Assembly (NCBI GenBank): GCA_023132435.1 | Contig: JAGLYF010000190.1 | Location: 1-58,234, forward strand | Length of the DNA stretch: 58,234 nucleotides | DNA from: Calditrichia bacterium | GTDB taxonomy: Bacteria; Calditrichota; Calditrichia; JAJRVZ01 | Direction: 5' to 3' | In this document: positions 37,972-46,436 of the stretch, one piece after another | How positions within the stretch are numbered: the stretch's first letter is position 1 | Layout: each line of letters begins with the position of its first letter | Position numbers and translations under genes: made by a program | Notes under the pieces: generated by a model | Seen by the model: the letters and a program-made list of their open reading frames with translations, nothing else | Told to the model about the DNA's origin: nothing | Databases searched by the model: none

Positions 37972-38157
37972 CTAAAAAAAGATCGCAGGAGAGGGTTTTA
38001 TGATACGTGTTTTTTCTATCGTATTGACTTCTGTATGTTCAATAATCAGTTTTGTATTGCCAGCCATCAAATAATCCATGGTTGCAAGTTTTTCATTATT
38101 TATTTCAATGTAGAATGAACCCTTTTTGCCATCAAAAAAGTGTTGTATTTCTTGCAT
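37972..38157 (-). pseudogene. 3'-truncated remnant of a small GNAT-like (YjdJ-type) acetyltransferase gene
   Basis: The N-terminal ~45 aa (FYIE...MDY...LIIEHTEV) fit the ~90-aa family as I remember it. Similarity stops right after HTEV and none continues in the other frames. Repeat-element ends flank the remnant. Confidence 0.4.
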
Positions 38158-38220
38158 TGTATTGTCTCTCCAGTTTAATCAATTTGATCTATTCATATCC
38201 CGCCCAGGCGTAAATTTAAT

Positions 38221-38335
38221 GGGTCCACGAATTACACGAATTTTATAACCCTCCCCATCCCCGAAGGCTCGGGGACTTCCCCTCCCTTACGTATAAGGGA
38301 GGGGAATATGGGGTGGATTAATTCGGGATGACAAA
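38221..38335. repeat. CACGAATT left end fused to C-rich multi-hairpin module
   Basis: gggtccacgaattacacgaatttt is followed by the hairpins ccccga-aggc-tcgggg (38259-38274) and cccctccctta-cgta-taagggagggg (38279-38304), then gggatgacaaa. Confidence 0.8.
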
Positions 38336-38453
38336 ATACAAAATCATGGTTTTCAATAGTAGATTTCACTAATTTTGCAAACTTAAATGGAACACTGTCA
38401 ATAATAAGCTGTTAGAATATATTTTATATTTCAAATAGACAGAGAATTGATTT

Positions 38454-40370
38454 TTGATAACGCTACTAACTAAATATATATTTCTGAGTTTTATTCTTTG
38501 CATATCTTCCTTGCATGCTCAAAGGACTCTCACTACGGAAATGAACGGGGACGAGAGAAATCCGGGAATAGAAAACAAGGCTACCGTACCTATCGATCCG
38601 AAATCAACAGATATCAACAATGAAGCAGATACACTAACTGTACGTATTAGTGAAAAGGATTCACTCAAATTACCTCTTGAAGAAACGTCGTTGAAAAATG
38701 ATATCCTCGATATGCTACATGGCGTCATATTCAGGGATACAACAAGGAAGAATGATAAATATGATTCAGATCTGATTGAAAGCGAGGAAAAATATCGCCC
38801 ACATGAAGGTCAAATCATTGCTAATATTTATATCAAAAAAGTTCCCATCTTTGGTGGTTCTGTGGATGATAGCCTGCAATTTACCGTCTCCGATATAGAA
38901 AAATTCGGTAATTCTCTTCATGTTGATACAAAAGATTGGGTGATCTATAATAATCTCTTATTTAAAGAAGGAGATAAAATACAGCCTTTTGAACTTGCTG
39001 ATAATGAGAGAATATTACGACAGTTGTCCTTTATTCGTGATGCCCGAATTTTAGTTGTTCCCAGAACGGAAGACGATAAGGTGGATATTCTTGTTATAAC
39101 CCGGGATGTTTTTTCATTAGGTGTGAGTATAAAACCCCGGGATATAGATGACATCGCAGTCAGTGTTTATGAGAGAAATCTGTTTGGCAACGGGTGGGAA
39201 TTCCGTAATACATTTAGATTTCGTTCAGAATTCGTTCAGAAAATGGATTATGAGGGCAAATTTGATGTAAACAATATAAAAGGAAGTTTTATAGGCACGA
39301 CGCTTCAGTATATATATGCTCATGATAAGCAACAAGGTTGGTTGAGATTTTACAAGGAATATCTGACACAGGAGATTAAATACGCAGGAGGGATAGATTT
39401 AATAAGAACTTCCCTCAGGGACGAGCTCCATAACTATCAGACGGTGACTCATGTTTCAAATACCTATGATTTCTGGCTGGGACGCTCCTTTACAATGGGA
39501 GAATTGGAGAGTCGAAGAAGTTTGAAAATTGGAGCCAGATATATCAGGAAGACATTTGATAAGAGACCGGAGGTTCTGGCCGATAGCAATTTCTCCTATC
39601 ATACACAGAAATTGTATCTTGCTAACTTAATGCTTGATAAAAGGGAATATTTTACCAGTAACATGATCCTTGGGTTTGGTACCACTGAAGATGTGCCAAC
39701 AGGGTATGCCTTTGAACTGACCGGTGGATTTTCTGATGAGGAGTTTAAAAATCGTACTTATGTTGGGATCGACGTGAGGGTTGCTTCCTGGTTTGATGAT
39801 ATCGGATATATGGCTTTTGTAACCCAGGCTGCGACTTATATAAACCGTGATGGATCAGAGGATGGATTGGTCGGTTTTTATTATCAGTATTTCAGCCCAC
39901 TGATGGATGCTGGTAAGTATAGATTCAGACATTTTTTGTTCGCGAATTATTTTACTGGTATAAACCGTTTTGATGATAGGATGATTGATATCCGGGAAGA
40001 AGATGGTATCAGGGGTTTGTCCCATGATGCTCTTGATGGAATTGAGCGTCTGGTATTAAATTTAGAAAGTGTGGCCTTTACTCCATGGAATTTAATAGGT
40101 TTTCAATTCTCGTTGTTAGCCTTTACCGATCTGGGTTGGATCAGCACTCGAAAAGGACTTTGGAAGGAAAATCATTTTTCTTCAGCATTAGGATTTGGCT
40201 GCCGGATCAGAAATGAAGGTCTGGTACTTCAGACTATCAATTTGAGGTTTGCCTATTATCCAAGTGTACCTGGTGGGGACAGCCATTTTGGTTTTGAAAT
40301 ATCGACAACCGACCTAACTCTATTTTCCCAGTTCACCCGCGGCAAGCCAAGAGTCATTCCTTTTAATTAA
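38454..40370 (+). CDS. Omp85/BamA-family-like outer membrane protein (POTRA-like + beta-barrel)
   Basis: TTG start and signal peptide. POTRA-like segment (IANIYIKKVPIFG...GDKIQPFELADNERILRQLSFIRDARILV). The C-terminal half is large and rich in Gly and aromatic residues. Confidence 0.5.
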   Translation: MITLLTKYIFLSFILCISSLHAQRTLTTEMNGDERNPGIENKATVPIDPKSTDINNEADTLTVRISEKDSLKLPLEETSLKNDILDMLHGVIFRDTTRKNDKYDSDLIESEEKYRPHEGQIIANIYIKKVPIFGGSVDDSLQFTVSDIEKFGNSLHVDTKDWVIYNNLLFKEGDKIQPFELADNERILRQLSFIRDARILVVPRTEDDKVDILVITRDVFSLGVSIKPRDIDDIAVSVYERNLFGNGWEFRNTFRFRSEFVQKMDYEGKFDVNNIKGSFIGTTLQYIYAHDKQQGWLRFYKEYLTQEIKYAGGIDLIRTSLRDELHNYQTVTHVSNTYDFWLGRSFTMGELESRRSLKIGARYIRKTFDKRPEVLADSNFSYHTQKLYLANLMLDKREYFTSNMILGFGTTEDVPTGYAFELTGGFSDEEFKNRTYVGIDVRVASWFDDIGYMAFVTQAATYINRDGSEDGLVGFYYQYFSPLMDAGKYRFRHFLFANYFTGINRFDDRMIDIREEDGIRGLSHDALDGIERLVLNLESVAFTPWNLIGFQFSLLAFTDLGWISTRKGLWKENHFSSALGFGCRIRNEGLVLQTINLRFAYYPSVPGGDSHFGFEISTTDLTLFSQFTRGKPRVIPFN

Positions 40371-40431
40371 CTAATAATTCTGGGAACATTTTCCCCTTCG
40401 AAATCGTTTAGGCTAAAAGTATCTATGATTC

Positions 40432-40503
40432 TGTAGAGACGTAGCATGCTACGTCTCTACAATAAATCTACTCTACAATAAATCTACGTCTCTACAATAA
40501 ACC
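40432..40503. repeat. 30-bp perfect palindrome (TGTAGAGACG family) followed by tandem triplication of its right half
   Basis: The palindrome tgtagagacgtagcatgctacgtctctaca spans 40432-40461. The unit (acgt)ctctacaataaatct then occurs three times through 40503. Confidence 0.85.
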
Positions 40504-40556
40504 ATTTCATATTGGTTAGAAAATTTAGATTTGTGATTAAAAAGGAGAAATGAAAA

Positions 40557-41351
40557 ATGAAAGCGGCTATGGTATTTGCAGTCTTGATATTGTTATCTGT
40601 GTCGGTTGTGTATTCCCAGAATTCATTTGCACACCTTTCAAGTGGAATTTCTGAGACGCCGGTAGAAGCAGATGAAACTTCGAGTAAAGTATCTGTGTTG
40701 ACTGAATCTGATGAATTGACTGAATTGTATGAAGGATCAGAGATCACTATTAACATTGAAACCGAAAAACAATTTGGATTTGAATATTTTCCTTTAAAAA
40801 CGGATGTTTTATATTTGTATGATTCGAACGCGGGGGAAACTGAAGCAGGTGTTACTCCCGATGGTGAAGAACTTGTACTCACCTATGATGCCGGTAAAAT
40901 ATCTTATGAACAGCAGTTTTTCAAAGGTGAAGATGGCATTTATTTAACCAGAACCGAAAGCAGTGCGTTGTTGTTTTTTGGAACTACGGTTACCTATCCG
41001 GAACCTGTACTGAGACTGCCACTTCCCCTGGAAATTGGAAAGAATTGGAAATGGGAAGGATTTGAAATTGCAGATGGTGATACCGGCAGGTTGACGATTA
41101 CAGGCGAAGCGTTGGGTGAAGAAGTTGTCTCAACTCCAGTTGGTGAGTTTAACTGTTTAAAGATACGATTAAAAATTGAATCGGATCATGGTTCTAAAAA
41201 TACCGTAACAGAGTGGCTGGCGCCGGGGATCGGCGTGGTTAAATTTCATGCCGTACTTGAGGGTACCGGATTAACCGCGTTTCTACAGAGTATTTTTGGC
41301 CTTGATGAACTTACGTTTGATCTTACCGGTATGGAAGAAGATAAAATCTGA
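40557..41351 (+). CDS. hypothetical secreted protein
   Basis: SD (AAGGAG) and a signal peptide. No family recognised. Confidence 0.45.
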   Translation: MKAAMVFAVLILLSVSVVYSQNSFAHLSSGISETPVEADETSSKVSVLTESDELTELYEGSEITINIETEKQFGFEYFPLKTDVLYLYDSNAGETEAGVTPDGEELVLTYDAGKISYEQQFFKGEDGIYLTRTESSALLFFGTTVTYPEPVLRLPLPLEIGKNWKWEGFEIADGDTGRLTITGEALGEEVVSTPVGEFNCLKIRLKIESDHGSKNTVTEWLAPGIGVVKFHAVLEGTGLTAFLQSIFGLDELTFDLTGMEEDKI

Positions 41352-41352
41352 T

Positions 41353-41558
41353 CTGGATGCTGGATGCTAGATACTGGATGTTAGACGTAAGACGCTAGAA
41401 GCAAGACGCCCCTACATTTCACGTTTGAAGTTTCACGTCTTAAATCTTGTTCCGATGCTCTGCGTCGGAACATACTGATGTAATTTAGGGCTACGACGCG
41501 GAGCATCGTAGCCAGTAACAATTTGTTCCCCCTTAGTAAAGGGGGGTAGGGGGTTGTT
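41353..41558. repeat. composite: 7-nt stutter arm (CTGGATG/TTAGACG words), two interlocking hairpins, C5/G5 core
   Basis: ctggatgctggatgctagatactggatgttagacgtaagacgctagaagcaagacg, hairpins at 41449-41471 and 41489-41513, and the core ttcccccttagtaaaggggggtagggggttgtt at 41526-41558. Confidence 0.8.
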
Positions 41559-42291
41559 TATCTATATACTTAGCAATCATTTTTTCTGCTTTTTCAATAT
41601 CTTCCGCCGTATCAATTTCGATGCACCGATAATCCCCGACATCCATCGCATAGAGTTTTTGACCATCATCAATCGCATCCTGAAAAGCGGCCTCATAGAA
41701 ATCGTTAACCCGACCCTCAGTTACAACGCGATGATATAATTTTTCAAACAACACTTCAAGAAATCCGGCTTCAAATTTTTCTATACCTATCGATTCGCCT
41801 GCTGCTAATTGAGGATCTATTCCCTTACCAATTTTAGTAACTTGATTATCTTCTTTAGCGATTACTTTCATCTCCTCTTCACCGAGTACATGATCAGATC
41901 GCACAGCGAGATAATTTCCGGGTCCGGAAATAAGAAGCAATTCCACAATACGCCGATCAAATATAATATCACTGTCCATTAGCAGAATATCAGTGTCCTG
42001 AGTATAGTCTTTTATCAGCCAGAGTGAATAGATATTATTTGTGGCGTCATAAATCTCGTTATAGATAAACGTAACTTTCAGAGAGGGATAAGTAATATCT
42101 ATAAATGATCTGATTTTTTCTTCCAAATAACCGGTTACTATTATCAACTCTTCAATTGCATGATCGATAAGATTATCAATCGTTCTTTCAAGAATAGATT
42201 TCTGGCCCAATTTAAGTAGGCATTTTGGTGTGATATCAGTAAGAGGTCTTAGTCGGGAGGAGATCCCTGCGGCCAGAATAACAGCTTTCAT
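41533..42291 (-). CDS. sugar/alcohol-phosphate nucleotidyl(cytidylyl)transferase (LicC/NTP_transf-like)
   Basis: N-terminal MKAVILAAGISSRLRPLT..PKCLL motif. The start overlaps the upstream stop by 1 nt (TAATG). The last 8 codons lie inside the C5/G5 repeat core. Confidence 0.8.
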   Translation of the reverse strand: MKAVILAAGISSRLRPLTDITPKCLLKLGQKSILERTIDNLIDHAIEELIIVTGYLEEKIRSFIDITYPSLKVTFIYNEIYDATNNIYSLWLIKDYTQDTDILLMDSDIIFDRRIVELLLISGPGNYLAVRSDHVLGEEEMKVIAKEDNQVTKIGKGIDPQLAAGESIGIEKFEAGFLEVLFEKLYHRVVTEGRVNDFYEAAFQDAIDDGQKLYAMDVGDYRCIEIDTAEDIEKAEKMIAKYIDKQPPTPLY

Positions 42292-43169
42292 TAAGGTTCA
42301 ACTTTTTTCAGTGAGGCAATGACTGATTTTTGTATGATATAAAGAATCAGAGTATAGATATTTCCTATAGTCACCATTCCCCATAAGAAAATATCCCAAC
42401 GGTTTATAAAAGCACACACAATCATAAAGGTCAACTCTGTTGTAGGTCCGATATAGGTCCAAAGATGGATCATACGCTTGTTTTTATTATAATAATCTTT
42501 GGGATTGTATATTCTGGTTTGACTCTGATCTTGTTTTGAAGAAAGGCTGATCTGGATGCGGGAATATTTCAGATAAATCCAAATCAGGAGTCGATCGAGC
42601 GACCACTTTTTTGCGGTGATCAACCTATTATATTCTGTTTCGAACTGCTCCAGATCTTCTCCCAAAATACTTTTTCGATCGAGGGCATAATCCAGAAATT
42701 GATTACGGTAATAATCCAGCGCAAAGGAGTGTAGAGCATTACTGAAGCCGGCAAGAGCGGTAAGGGTCCAGTAAAAAAAAGGATCATTTGTATTGCTTGC
42801 ATATCCAACACCAATAGCCAGATAAGAAGTGACAGCCACAATATAATCAGCAAAACCATCGACAATACGTCCGGTTAAGGTCCCACTGTTTTGAAGACGC
42901 GCTAATTGTCCATCACTGCAATCCAAAATATTATAAATAATAAAACATATTGCCGCTAAAGTAAAAGCAGTTGCTGTTCCAAAGGTTATTAAGAAAGCGC
43001 CAAAAACGCCAAAAAACAGAGATACCCAGGTGATTTGATTTGGCGTGATCGAGGTCTGGTAGATTAACTTTACCAAGAGGAAAGCAGGGGGACGAAAAAT
43101 AATAAGGTCAAGGACCTCCTCAACCTCAAGCATTTTCAGTGATTTTTTGTATTCGGTATATAGACTCAT
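42291..43169 (-). CDS. CDP-alcohol phosphatidyltransferase family membrane protein
   Basis: Exact family signature D-x2-DG-x2-AR-x8-G-x3-D-x3-D (DCSDGQLARLQNSGTLTGRIVDGFAD). Multiple TM segments. Confidence 0.85.
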   Translation of the reverse strand: MSLYTEYKKSLKMLEVEEVLDLIIFRPPAFLLVKLIYQTSITPNQITWVSLFFGVFGAFLITFGTATAFTLAAICFIIYNILDCSDGQLARLQNSGTLTGRIVDGFADYIVAVTSYLAIGVGYASNTNDPFFYWTLTALAGFSNALHSFALDYYRNQFLDYALDRKSILGEDLEQFETEYNRLITAKKWSLDRLLIWIYLKYSRIQISLSSKQDQSQTRIYNPKDYYNKNKRMIHLWTYIGPTTELTFMIVCAFINRWDIFLWGMVTIGNIYTLILYIIQKSVIASLKKVEP

Positions 43170-43174
43170 TGGTG

Positions 43175-44203
43175 TTATTTCGACATGGAGTATTCTTTAA
43201 TTGCGTCAATAACCATCCGATTTTCTTCTTGTGTACCAAGGGTAATGCGCAGATGGGAATTTAAGACTTCCTCATTCATAAATTTGATGATCAGGCCCTT
43301 GTCTGTTAGAAATTTTTTTAAAGAATCTTTTATTTCTGCCGGAATTTCCACCAGAACGAAGTTAGCATCTGATTTATAGACGGTAAATCCAGGAATTTTT
43401 CCAAGCTCCTGATAATAGAGCTCCTTATCAGAATTCATCTTATCCGCGATCTCTTCATAATATTCAGGTGAATCGAGCGCTGCAAGAGCTATTTTCTCTG
43501 AGATAAGATTAAACCCTAAATATCGATTGGCAATTTTTGCCAATTTTGTAAAATTCTCTCCAATCAGAGCATACCCAATTCTTATTCCGGCAAGAGCATA
43601 GTATTTGGAAAATGTTCTGATTAGTACCAGGTTAGAATAAGTATTAACCAGATGTTTTGCATGTTCATGTTTGGTATCATACCAATAAGCTTCATCCAGA
43701 GCAACAATCGTTTCTCTCATATGCGAAAGAACAGTATCAAGATCCTTTGCAGAAATTGAATTTCCTGTAGGATTATTTGGTGAACTAAGAAATACCAGTT
43801 TTGGTTTTTCGGTATCAACCAGAGATATCATACTATCTATGTCATAGTAAAAACTATCATCACCCTTTATCAATGGATATTCAACATTTGTACCACCAAC
43901 TTCATCAGCTATTTTCTTATAATACCACCATGAATAGGCAGGGATCATTAATTTCCGGCCAGGTCCTAAATAACACTGAACTAATTGTTTTAAAATGTCT
44001 TCAGCACCATATCCGAGGATGATTCTATCTTCAGCAATATCAAAATCAGTAGCAAAGCGCTCTGAAAGAGCACTTTTTACACCTCTTTTATAAGCGTCGG
44101 TATAATTTGAGAACAGATTTTTGTCTGTTTTTTCCAAAACCTCAAAACAGGCAGGCGCCGGACCATAATTATTTTCGTTGCGATCTAATAGTATCTTATT
44201 CAT
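43175..44203 (-). CDS. class I/II PLP-dependent aminotransferase (HisC/CobD-like)
   Basis: PLP-lysine block RTFSKYYALAGIRIGYA, an NPTGN block and a length of 342 aa. Confidence 0.8.
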   Translation of the reverse strand: MNKILLDRNENNYGPAPACFEVLEKTDKNLFSNYTDAYKRGVKSALSERFATDFDIAEDRIILGYGAEDILKQLVQCYLGPGRKLMIPAYSWWYYKKIADEVGGTNVEYPLIKGDDSFYYDIDSMISLVDTEKPKLVFLSSPNNPTGNSISAKDLDTVLSHMRETIVALDEAYWYDTKHEHAKHLVNTYSNLVLIRTFSKYYALAGIRIGYALIGENFTKLAKIANRYLGFNLISEKIALAALDSPEYYEEIADKMNSDKELYYQELGKIPGFTVYKSDANFVLVEIPAEIKDSLKKFLTDKGLIIKFMNEEVLNSHLRITLGTQEENRMVIDAIKEYSMSK

Positions 44204-44293
44204 ATGAATGTCCTTCTTTTCCTGACTTTTTCGTGAAGCATCATAATCTACAAACCGGATCCTATAAACTTCAACTAATCGGATGCTTTTTTT

Positions 44294-44514
44294 CGGTTCT
44301 CGTTACTCGTTTCTCGTCTCTCGTTACTCGTTTCTCGCCGCTCGATATCGGTTGGCAAACTCAGTTCCCCCTTAATCCTCCTTTCCCGCACTCGCGGGAC
44401 TCAGGACAGGCTCTTTCCTAAGAGGGAGCAGATTTTTATCAACCATCATACTGCAGTAAGTATCGAGAAACGAGCATCGAGTATCGAATTCCAAGTTCCG
44501 AATTCCGAATTTCC
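44294..44514. repeat. 7-nt stutter-arm element (TCTCGTT/ACTCGTT words) around an expanded C-rich core
   Basis: The left arm has 7 units of nCTCGnn (44294-44351). The core is ttcccccttaatcctcctttcccgcactcgcgggac...taagagggag. The right arm is tatcgagaaacgagcatcgagtatcgaa followed by ttccgaa words. Confidence 0.85.
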
Positions 44515-44539
44515 TGTAACAATTAAACCAAGGTCTTCA

Positions 44540-45343
44540 TTAGCCAATGAATATCACAATCGCTTGATAAGCAAGATACCCCCCAAGGAAAAACAATACA
44601 ACCCCCAGTAACTGGATAAATTTGTTTAGAATGTGAACTTTAATTTTGTCTCTGTGTCTGATTGTAAATCGTGCTAACTGATCAAGCCAAAATAGAGCAC
44701 CAAGGCCAACTGAAAAGGCAAAAACCAAACTTAAAATGATGACCGGGGGTGAATTGGAGATCGTCTCTGAATTAATGTTTTCCTGGTCATCGGTAAGTGT
44801 CTCTAACTTTTCAAATTCTGTTCCGGCAATATCGGAAACCGAACTAACGTTTTCATTTAGAATAATATCCAGACCACCGGTATTAAATCCTATCGATGAG
44901 ACAAAAGAAAGAGTTATAAAGGAAGCGACCAACCAGCCGATAAAAAGAGAGGGATTGGTGAGATTGATTACAATACCTGTGCGCATTCCCCCTCTATTTT
45001 CTATTTTATCAGTTATAATTTTAGTGGCATCAAATGATTCTAAATCAATCTGCCGGCAAACAATCCTGAGACTAACCAGCACAACAAATATTGCACCAAT
45101 CATCAACAGATAAGGAATAAATGGTCGATAATATGAATAGAGCGCTGCTATTCCATAAACAACGATAAACACATAGAAGAATTCAACGATCGCAGCGCCG
45201 ATAGCTGTCCGCTGACAATAGCGTAATTTTCCTTCCAGTGCTTTGGATATAATAATAATACTGATTGGACCGGCTACCGGTACTGAAAAGATAATTCCTG
45301 CAATCAGTCCTACTATAAATATTGTGATAATACTTTCGAGCAT
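44540..45343 (-). CDS. polytopic membrane protein, possibly LysE/RhtB-type translocator with central insertion
   Basis: About 6 TM segments and an N-terminal VPVAGPISI motif reminiscent of LysE-family proteins. The assignment is weak. Confidence 0.35.
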   Translation of the reverse strand: MLESIITIFIVGLIAGIIFSVPVAGPISIIIISKALEGKLRYCQRTAIGAAIVEFFYVFIVVYGIAALYSYYRPFIPYLLMIGAIFVVLVSLRIVCRQIDLESFDATKIITDKIENRGGMRTGIVINLTNPSLFIGWLVASFITLSFVSSIGFNTGGLDIILNENVSSVSDIAGTEFEKLETLTDDQENINSETISNSPPVIILSLVFAFSVGLGALFWLDQLARFTIRHRDKIKVHILNKFIQLLGVVLFFLGGYLAYQAIVIFIG

Positions 45344-45379
45344 TTTGAAAAATGATTCCTATTCCTCTCGTCTCAGAAG

Positions 45380-46402
45380 TTACAGCCTGTTGTTTGTAGA
45401 TGCAAGAGACCTTTCCGGGATGATTCGATTATTAATTCGCAGGGATGTTTTTTCTTCCTTACGATAGATAAAAACTTTTTGTTCACCTATATCCAATATA
45501 ACTACCTGATCAGATGTGAGATTTTGTTTCTCCATTTCTGCCCTGAGTGTAGCCGTCGCTTCTCCCAATGTATCCAGAGATTCGGGAAAAGTGTCATAGT
45601 GTATCGGCATAAGGCGCTCTGCTCCCAGTTCTTGACTGATCTGTATGGCTGCTTTTGGATCTGTATGTCTTTTCCAACTATATTCCCGGGGGTGAATGGG
45701 GGCGATCGGTAATAATGCCAGATCAATTCCGGGAAATCTACGTCCGGTTTCATGAAAATAGGTTGAATCATAACCGGTGTCACCCCCAAAATATACTTTT
45801 ATTTGGTTATACTCAATTATGTATCCGGTATAGCTGGTTTCCATCCAGGCTTCATCCAATCCGTATCGCCAGCCGTTATGGGAAACCGGAACAGCGGTGA
45901 TTTTTAATCCGTCTTTTTCCCATGACTGCCAGGTTTGTAATTCATTTATATCAAAATCATAATTTGGAATATATACGAGCCCACCCTGCGGGAGCAGAAG
46001 GGTTTTTATTTTTTTTTCAAACATATCCAATGAGGCTGGTGACAGATGATCGATATGCATATGGGATACAAGGACAACATCGAGGTCAGGGAGGTTCTTC
46101 GGATCGATCCCCGGCTCAACCAGACGTTTGGAAAATTGTCCCACAGTTGTCGTAAAAACCGGATCGGTCAATATCATTTTATCATCGATTTGAATAAGTG
46201 TCGTGGCATGTCCAACCCACAAAACGGATAACCGGGCATCTGAACGATAGGGATCCGTAATCCTTTCAGGAAGTTTTCGGGGAGATTTAAATAGTGAAGA
46301 AATACTCCCACCAACCGCATTTGCAGTTGATTTTATCGCCGTACAGGAGTGGATGAAAAATGAAAAATGAAAAATGAAAATAACTGTAATTATTGATTTC
46401 AT
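45380..46402 (-). CDS. MBL-fold metallo-hydrolase lipoprotein
   Basis: Lipobox FIHSC and the metallo-beta-lactamase motif VLVSHMHIDHL. Confidence 0.75.
   Translation of the reverse strand: MKSIITVIFIFHFSFFIHSCTAIKSTANAVGGSISSLFKSPRKLPERITDPYRSDARLSVLWVGHATTLIQIDDKMILTDPVFTTTVGQFSKRLVEPGIDPKNLPDLDVVLVSHMHIDHLSPASLDMFEKKIKTLLLPQGGLVYIPNYDFDINELQTWQSWEKDGLKITAVPVSHNGWRYGLDEAWMETSYTGYIIEYNQIKVYFGGDTGYDSTYFHETGRRFPGIDLALLPIAPIHPREYSWKRHTDPKAAIQISQELGAERLMPIHYDTFPESLDTLGEATATLRAEMEKQNLTSDQVVILDIGEQKVFIYRKEEKTSLRINNRIIPERSLASTNNRL
46354..46381 (-). repeat. 7-nt tandem repeat (TGAAAAA x3 + TGAAAAT) inside the signal-peptide coding region
   Basis: It is read directly in the sequence and encodes residues ~8-16 (IFIFHFSFF) of the MBL lipoprotein. 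Confidence 0.85.
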
Positions 46403-46436
46403 AGTCTAAATTTTACTTATCCGCAATAATTCTTTT

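Noticed and set aside
44107-44421. The track lists ORFs crossing repeat-rich spacers: 44107-44421, 47312-47539, 47440-47628, 47467-47685, 49283-49492, 49462-49728, 40484-40882, 52315-52623 and 21632-21922.
   Set aside because: They are read through stutter or hairpin repeats or lie antisense to real genes. They have low-complexity translations (for example RFSSLVTRFSPL), lack SD sites and lack family resemblance, so I treat them as spurious.
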